Assembly (NCBI GenBank): GCA_937983065.1
Contig: CALKAL010000049.1
Span: forward strand, 4,961-68,960
Source: an uncultured Bacillaceae bacterium
GTDB taxonomy: Bacteria; Bacillota; Bacilli; Bacillales; Alkalibacillaceae
Direction: 5' to 3'
DNA: 64,000 nucleotides
Part shown: piece after piece, positions 58,418 through 64,000 of the stretch
Layout of the letters: every line of letters begins with the position of its first letter
Position numbering within the stretch: the stretch's first letter is position 1
Notes under the pieces: generated by a model
What the model saw: only the letters and a program-made list of their open reading frames with translations
What the model was told of the DNA's origin: nothing
The model's database searches: none
Made by a program: the position numbers and the translations under genes

Positions 58418-59164
58418 TTACTCCTCGTCAATCAATAAAGTAGATAATTCACCTAATGCGTCTTTTTGCAATTGGAAAAGTTCTTCAATTCCTTTGTTTG
58501 CGTGTTTTAGCATCACTTGTAGCTCATCGTATGAAAAGGTCGCTTCCTCACCAGTTCCTTGTATTTCAACAAATTTACCTTCATCCGTCATCACGACGTT
58601 CATATCAACAAGGGCAACAGCATCTTCTTCGTATGATAGGTCTAAGATTGGTTCATTATTTTCGGTTAGCCCAACAGAAATTGCAGCTAAAAAGTTTTTA
58701 ACAGGCATTTCTTTAATGAGTTCTTTTTTAATTAATTCACCACAAGCTAACGTCATTGCCACGAAAGCTCCTGTAATCGATGCTGTTCTCGTTCCTCCAT
58801 CAGCTTGAATGACATCACAATCAATCCAAATCGTTCGTTCACCTAATTTATTTAAATCGATCACTGCTCTTAAAGCTCTTCCGATTAATCGTTGAATTTC
58901 CATCGTCCGACCTGAAATTTTACCTTTTGAAGATTCTCTTATGTTACGGACTTCAGTGGCCCGAGGAAGCATCGCATATTCTGCTGTAATCCATCCTTTA
59001 CCTTCTCCACGCATAAATGGGGGAACTCGTTCTTCCACACTCGCATTACAGATTACTTTCGTTTCACCAATAGTAATTAATACAGAGCCTTCTGGATGTT
59101 TCGTAAATTCAGTAGTTATATTCACATCTCTTAATTGATCTTCAAGTCGTCCATCTTTCCGCAT
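58418..59164 (-). CDS. rph: ribonuclease PH
   Basis: [27 protein letters not shown]. Confidence 0.98.
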   Translation of the reverse strand: MRKDGRLEDQLRDVNITTEFTKHPEGSVLITIGETKVICNASVEERVPPFMRGEGKGWITAEYAMLPRATEVRNIRESSKGKISGRTMEIQRLIGRALRAVIDLNKLGERTIWIDCDVIQADGGTRTASITGAFVAMTLACGELIKKELIKEMPVKNFLAAISVGLTENNEPILDLSYEEDAVALVDMNVVMTDEGKFVEIQGTGEEATFSYDELQVMLKHANKGIEELFQLQKDALGELSTLLIDEE

Positions 59165-59293
59165 TAATTGGCCTCCTAATTAATGATTAACATCAATTCT
59201 TTATATATATTAGCTTAGTTTAAAAATAATATTTCAATCCTGTTAAAGTATAACACAAAAAAACTTATACCTAAAAACATGGTATAAGTTCAA

Positions 59294-60094
59294 TTACAAT
59301 TTTATTCGCTCTAATTGGAAATCAGTAAACTGAAAATAATCAGCCTGTAGCTTATAAAATAAATTTAACTCACCAGTCAACATGATATTAATACGATTAC
59401 TCTGCCTATGCTGTGAAATTAAATTGTTAGACGTTAATATCGAGTTGACTTCCAATGCCGTTTCCTCTGCGGATGATAAAATAGTCACCTTTTCCCCGAA
59501 GTAGGATTCGATTGCAGGTTGAATGATCGGGTAATGGGTACAGCCTAATATGAGGGTGTCAATTGATACATCCTGTTTAATGACATTTAAACTTTCATCG
59601 ATTGCTAACTTTATTTCGTAATCATTCGTTTTTCCCTTTTCAATGAGTGGGACAAAATTAGGGCAGGCAATCTCAACTGGGTCAATGTGGCGGTTCATAT
59701 TTTTGAGCATTTTTCCATAGGCGTTACTCTCAATGGTGATATGAGTCCCTATAATAGCGACCTTATTCGTCTTCGTCTCCTTAACAGCAGCTCGAGCACC
59801 TGGCTCAATGACACCGACAACTGGAATAGGTAATTCGTTTTTAAACGCCTCCAATGCAATTGCTGTAACTGTATTACAAGCAACGACGAGCATTTTAATT
59901 TCAAACTGGAGTAAATACTGGACCATCTCCCACGCGTATTTGATGACCGCTTCTTCTTGTTTTGAACCGTATGGACAGCGTGCCGTATCACCAACGTAAA
60001 TAAATTCCTCCATCGGTAATTGCTGTTTTAATTCTTTTAATACTGTTAATCCGCCAACCCCAGAATCAATCACTCCAATTGGTCTATTCAACAT
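59294..60094 (-). CDS. racE: glutamate racemase
   Basis: DSGVGG, ACNT, LGCTHYP. Confidence 0.97.
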   Translation of the reverse strand: MLNRPIGVIDSGVGGLTVLKELKQQLPMEEFIYVGDTARCPYGSKQEEAVIKYAWEMVQYLLQFEIKMLVVACNTVTAIALEAFKNELPIPVVGVIEPGARAAVKETKTNKVAIIGTHITIESNAYGKMLKNMNRHIDPVEIACPNFVPLIEKGKTNDYEIKLAIDESLNVIKQDVSIDTLILGCTHYPIIQPAIESYFGEKVTILSSAEETALEVNSILTSNNLISQHRQSNRINIMLTGELNLFYKLQADYFQFTDFQLERIKL

Positions 60095-60563
60095 TATTCA
60101 CCTTTTTTTGCTTGTTTGTGTTTTCTTCATGAAGCTTCATCTCGTTAAATAATTTCGTAAAAACAACTCTTAACGTGTTCACTTCTTCTTCAGAAAAGGC
60201 AGTTAAAACTTCTTTTAAATAATCTTGGCGTTTTTCAATCACTTCATCAATAATTTCTTTACCTTTATCTAAAAGATGAACACGGACAACGCGCCTGTCT
60301 TTCGGATCGCGAACACGTTTAATTAAATTGTTTTTCTCCATTCGATCAACTAAATCTGTTGTCGTACTGAACGCTAAATACATTTTTTTCGATAGCTCAC
60401 CAATCGTTAAATCTCCTGAATCGAGATATTGTAGAGCAACAAATTGAGGAGGAGTAATCGGATAATTATCTAAAATTTCTCTTCCGCGTTGTTTAATAAT
60501 ATGTGATATGTATCGAACACTTTTTTCTAACTCATAAATTGAATCCGCATCGATTGTCGGCAC
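60084..60563 (-). CDS. MarR family regulator (YsmB-like)
   Basis: ITPPQF, STTTDLVDRMEK, DRRVVRV; synteny. Confidence 0.9.
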   Translation of the reverse strand: MPTIDADSIYELEKSVRYISHIIKQRGREILDNYPITPPQFVALQYLDSGDLTIGELSKKMYLAFSTTTDLVDRMEKNNLIKRVRDPKDRRVVRVHLLDKGKEIIDEVIEKRQDYLKEVLTAFSEEEVNTLRVVFTKLFNEMKLHEENTNKQKKVNNVE

Positions 60564-60706
60564 CGCTAGGCATCCCCCTTTTTCTTAACCTTTCTTTTAT
60601 TCTCATTCTTTTTCAACTAAATTTCAAGTCTTAAATGCTAAAATACAACTATATTTTACAAAAAAATAAAACTGTAAAGAACCGGCGTATTTTCAGCCGG
60701 TTCAAA

Positions 60707-60931
60707 TTACAGTTTTATTTCCCCAAGACGTATTAATTCAACAACGGCTTGAGAACGCCCCTTGACTTGAAGTTTTTGGATTGTGTTAGAAATATGATTT
60801 CGAACCGTTTTCTCCGATATGAACAATTGTTCAGCAATTTCCTTTGTCGTTTTGTCTTGCACTAACAGTTCAAATACTTCCCTTTCTCTTTTAGTTAATA
60901 TATTCGTAGGTGGATATTTCTTACTATTCAA
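60707..60931 (-). CDS. gerE: spore coat regulator GerE
   Basis: LTKREREVFELLVQDKTTKEIA.LFISEKTVRNHISN. Confidence 0.96.
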   Translation of the reverse strand: MNSKKYPPTNILTKREREVFELLVQDKTTKEIAEQLFISEKTVRNHISNTIQKLQVKGRSQAVVELIRLGEIKL

Positions 60932-60998
60932 GCGGTAACCCCTCCTCTGTAAAGAAGTGAGCTACTTGTTGCATTATGAGGAAATAACTTAGTCATCA

Positions 60999-61026
60999 TA
61001 GTTTATGAAAGGAAGATAATTATTGT
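60999..61026 (-). promoter_or_regulatory. sigma-K promoter for gerE
   Basis: ACA-N16-CATAAACTA; gerE is sigma-K dependent in B. subtilis. Confidence 0.65.
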
Positions 61027-61054
61027 TCGAGATATTCGTCTACTTTCTCATACT

Positions 61055-61501
61055 TCAATCATTTCGTAACCTTTCGAGCTGCTTGTCATTAAACGGTACT
61101 GATTTGCCGCTTTCTGTACTAATTTGAACAATCCGTCCACGCCCCGTTAAGACCATTTCATCACTTTTATTTAGTGCCATGTAATGAATATCAACGGATG
61201 AACTACCGACATGAGCCGCTTTGACGTACAATTTTAACTTTTCACCGAAATAAACTTGTTTAAAATAATCACATTGTAAATCGGCGACTACAGGAACCTC
61301 GGTTATATTTTCCGTCAACTCATTAAATAATTGTATATGATTCATAAAAGCGATACGTGCTTCTTCAAAATAAATAAATGGAGAAACATTATTCATATGA
61401 CCGAACATGTCTGTTTCAGAAAAACGAATGTTAATCGGAACATGGAATGTGAACTCTTTTTTCCACTGATCTAAATCGTCGATGTAAGCTGGTAATTTCA
61501 T
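61055..61501 (-). CDS. acyl-CoA thioesterase (YsmA-like)
   Basis: RFSETDMFGHMNN hotdog-fold motif; synteny. Confidence 0.9.
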   Translation of the reverse strand: MKLPAYIDDLDQWKKEFTFHVPINIRFSETDMFGHMNNVSPFIYFEEARIAFMNHIQLFNELTENITEVPVVADLQCDYFKQVYFGEKLKLYVKAAHVGSSSVDIHYMALNKSDEMVLTGRGRIVQISTESGKSVPFNDKQLERLRND

Positions 61502-61587
61502 AACGAAAAGCCCTCTTTTCTTATTTTAATGATTGAAAAAAAGGACTGACGCAATTGTCAGCCCTCATATTTTCATATATTGCTAGA

Positions 61588-62355
61588 TTAATTGTGGTAA
61601 TCACTACCGAAAAAGCTTTTGAAAGAATGTGTTGATGCTTCTCTATTTAATGCTGCGATTGAAGTTGTTAAAGGAATTCCTTTAGGGCAAACTTGGACAC
61701 AGTTTTGTGAGTTACCACAGCCTTGTAATCCACCGTCACCTAACAATGCATCCATACGTTCTTTTTTATGAAGTGAACCAGTAGGATGAGAGTTAAATAG
61801 ACGTACTTGAGATAATGGAGCAGGTCCAATGAAATTAGATTGGCTATTAACATTTGGACAAGCTTCTAAACAAACACCACATGTCATACATTTTGATAAT
61901 TCATATGCCCATTGGCGCTTACTTTCTGCCATTCTAGGACCAGGTCCAATGTCATATGTCCCATCAATCGGTACCCATGCTTTAACCTTTTTAAGTGAAT
62001 CGAACATACGGCTACGATCAACAGCTAAGTCACGGATCACTGGGAATGTACGCATTGGTGCTAGTCTAACAGGTTGTTCAAGTTGATCAATTAATGATGA
62101 ACAAGATTGCTGTGGTTTACCATTAATGACCATTGAACAAGCGCCACAAACCTCTTCTAAACAACCCATTTCCCAATGAACTGGTGTTGTTTTTTCCCCT
62201 TTAGCGTTGACTGGGTTACGCCGAATTTCCATTAAGGCAGAAATCACGTTCATGTTTTTACGATATGGGATTTCAAATTCCTCATCGTAAGGCTTTGAAT
62301 CTGGGCTATCTTGACGCTCAATAATTAAGCGAATTGTCTTTTGTTTTTCCGCCAT
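61588..62355 (-). CDS. sdhB: succinate dehydrogenase Fe-S subunit
   Basis: CLEEVCGAC, CMTCGVCLEAC, CGNSQNCVQVC. Confidence 0.98.
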   Translation of the reverse strand: MAEKQKTIRLIIERQDSPDSKPYDEEFEIPYRKNMNVISALMEIRRNPVNAKGEKTTPVHWEMGCLEEVCGACSMVINGKPQQSCSSLIDQLEQPVRLAPMRTFPVIRDLAVDRSRMFDSLKKVKAWVPIDGTYDIGPGPRMAESKRQWAYELSKCMTCGVCLEACPNVNSQSNFIGPAPLSQVRLFNSHPTGSLHKKERMDALLGDGGLQGCGNSQNCVQVCPKGIPLTTSIAALNREASTHSFKSFFGSDYHN

Positions 62356-62396
62356 CAGTTTTTCCTCCCCCTTAGGATTTTTAAAATAGCGAATGG

Positions 62397-64000
62397 TTAT
62401 TTTTTAGTCGTATAATCACGTTTACGAGGTTTAATTAATGAGACATCAACTTCCTCGTAGTGAAATTCTGGTGAGTTCTCTTCTGGATTGTATTTTGCCA
62501 TAGTAGTTTTTAACCATTCTTCATCATTACGTTCTGGAAACTCTGGTTTATAATGTGCTCCGCGACTTTCGTTACGGTTATAAGCTCCAATTGTAATAAC
62601 TCGTGCTAATTGAATCATATTGTACAATTGGCGGGTAAACATAACACTTTGGTTACTCCATCTAGAAGTATCATTAATGTTAATGTTTTCCCAACGTTCT
62701 AATAGCTCTTGTAGTTTTTCATCCGTTTTTAATAGCTTTTCGTTTTCACGAACAACCGTCACGTTATCTGTCATCCATTCCCCTAATTCGTTATGCAGAT
62801 CATACGCATTTTCGTTTCCAGTTGTCATATTCATTAAGCTTTCGAATTTATCTTCTTCTTCTTTTAGCTTTTCGTCGAATAATGTTGATGATTGATCGAC
62901 AGCTAAAGAATCTAAACCATCCATATATTTTAATGCGCTTGGTCCTGCCACCATTCCACCGTAAATCGCAGAAAGTAATGAGTTTGCTCCTAAGCGGTTT
63001 GCACCGTGCATTGAGTAATCACACTCACCAGCAGCAAACACCCCAGGAATGTTCGTCATTTGATCATAATCAACCCATAATCCACCCATTGAGTAATGAA
63101 CAGCTGGGAAAATTTTCATCGGAACTTTACGCGGGTCTTCCCCAACAAACTTCTCATAAATTTCAATAATTCCACCAAGCTTAACGTCTAGTTCTTTCGG
63201 ATCTTTATGGGATAGATCGAGATAAACCATGTTTTCTCCGTTAATCCCTAATTTCTGATTAACACAAACGTCAAAAATTTCACGCGTTGCAATATCCCGT
63301 GGGACTAAGTTTCCGTAAGCTGGATATTTTTCTTCAAGGAAATACCAAGGCTTTCCGTCTTTATACGTCCAAACTCGTCCACCTTCTCCACGAGCTGATT
63401 CACTCATGAGACGAAGCTTGTCATCTCCAGGTATGGCAGTCGGGTGAATTTGGATGAATTCTCCGTTTGCATAAATTGCTCCTTGTTGATATAGAGCTGA
63501 TGCTGCCGAACCTGTGTTAATAACTGAGTTTGTAGACTTTCCAAATATAATTCCAGGGCCACCTGTTGCCATAATAACGGCATCCGCTTTAAATACTTTA
63601 ATCTCATGACTTGATAAATCTTGGCCAATAACCCCTCTTGAAATTCCTTGTTCATCAACGACAGCTGATAAAAACTCCCAGCCTTCGTATTTTGTGACGA
63701 GTCCGTCTGCTTCATGACGACGAACTTGTTCATCTAACGCATATAATAACTGTTGTCCAGTCGTAGCACCTGCGAAAGCAGTACGGTGATGTTGTGTACC
63801 ACCAAAACGTCTAAAGTCTAATAAACCTTCAGGCGTACGGTTAAACATAACACCCATACGGTCAAGCATATGAATAATTCCCGGTGCAGCTTCACACATT
63901 TCTTTAACCGGTTTTTGGTTAGCTAAGAAATCCCCACCATAAACAGTATCGTCAAAATGTTCCCAAGGTGAATCTCCTTCACCTTTCGTATTAACAGCCC
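62397..64000 (-). CDS. sdhA: succinate dehydrogenase flavoprotein (5' end outside window)
   Basis: QIHPT, SESARGEGG, HYSMGG, HGANRLGANSL, ESRGAH; frame continues to the window edge. Confidence 0.97.
   Translation of the reverse strand, partial: AVNTKGEGDSPWEHFDDTVYGGDFLANQKPVKEMCEAAPGIIHMLDRMGVMFNRTPEGLLDFRRFGGTQHHRTAFAGATTGQQLLYALDEQVRRHEADGLVTKYEGWEFLSAVVDEQGISRGVIGQDLSSHEIKVFKADAVIMATGGPGIIFGKSTNSVINTGSAASALYQQGAIYANGEFIQIHPTAIPGDDKLRLMSESARGEGGRVWTYKDGKPWYFLEEKYPAYGNLVPRDIATREIFDVCVNQKLGINGENMVYLDLSHKDPKELDVKLGGIIEIYEKFVGEDPRKVPMKIFPAVHYSMGGLWVDYDQMTNIPGVFAAGECDYSMHGANRLGANSLLSAIYGGMVAGPSALKYMDGLDSLAVDQSSTLFDEKLKEEEDKFESLMNMTTGNENAYDLHNELGEWMTDNVTVVRENEKLLKTDEKLQELLERWENININDTSRWSNQSVMFTRQLYNMIQLARVITIGAYNRNESRGAHYKPEFPERNDEEWLKTTMAKYNPEENSPEFHYEEVDVSLIKPRKRDYTTKK

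Overview
Low-GC chromosomal core region of a spore-forming Bacillaceae, almost all on the minus strand. It is syntenic with the Bacillus subtilis sdhA-to-relA/dtd segment (sdhAB, gerE, racE, rph, tRNAs, tig-clpX-lonA-ysxC, hem operon, spoVID, valS-folC, radC-mreBCD-minCD, spoIVF, rplU-prp-rpmA, spo0B-obg, safA, ruvAB, queA-tgt-yajC, spoVB, secDF, recJ-apt-rel). Two elements stand out. (1) A 1,854-nt group IIA intron (29818-31671) splits radC inside its JAMM metal-binding motif. Its ribozyme signals (EBS1/EBS2/delta, DV, branch A) are intact, but its encoded protein has lost all three RT catalytic aspartates (YADD is YGNH), so it looks like a non-mobile, maturase-only intron. (2) An extra tRNA-Gly-derived unit (57565-57700) sits first in the tRNA-Gly/tRNA-Arg operon and carries an 81-nt structured insert exactly in the D-loop. 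The window also holds a MITE-like repeat, an SDR pseudogene in a small tRNA-adjacent islet, a divergent MreB, a T-box, an L21 leader, SOS and Per boxes, and several local gene absences relative to B. subtilis. All calls were made by eye; no searches were run.
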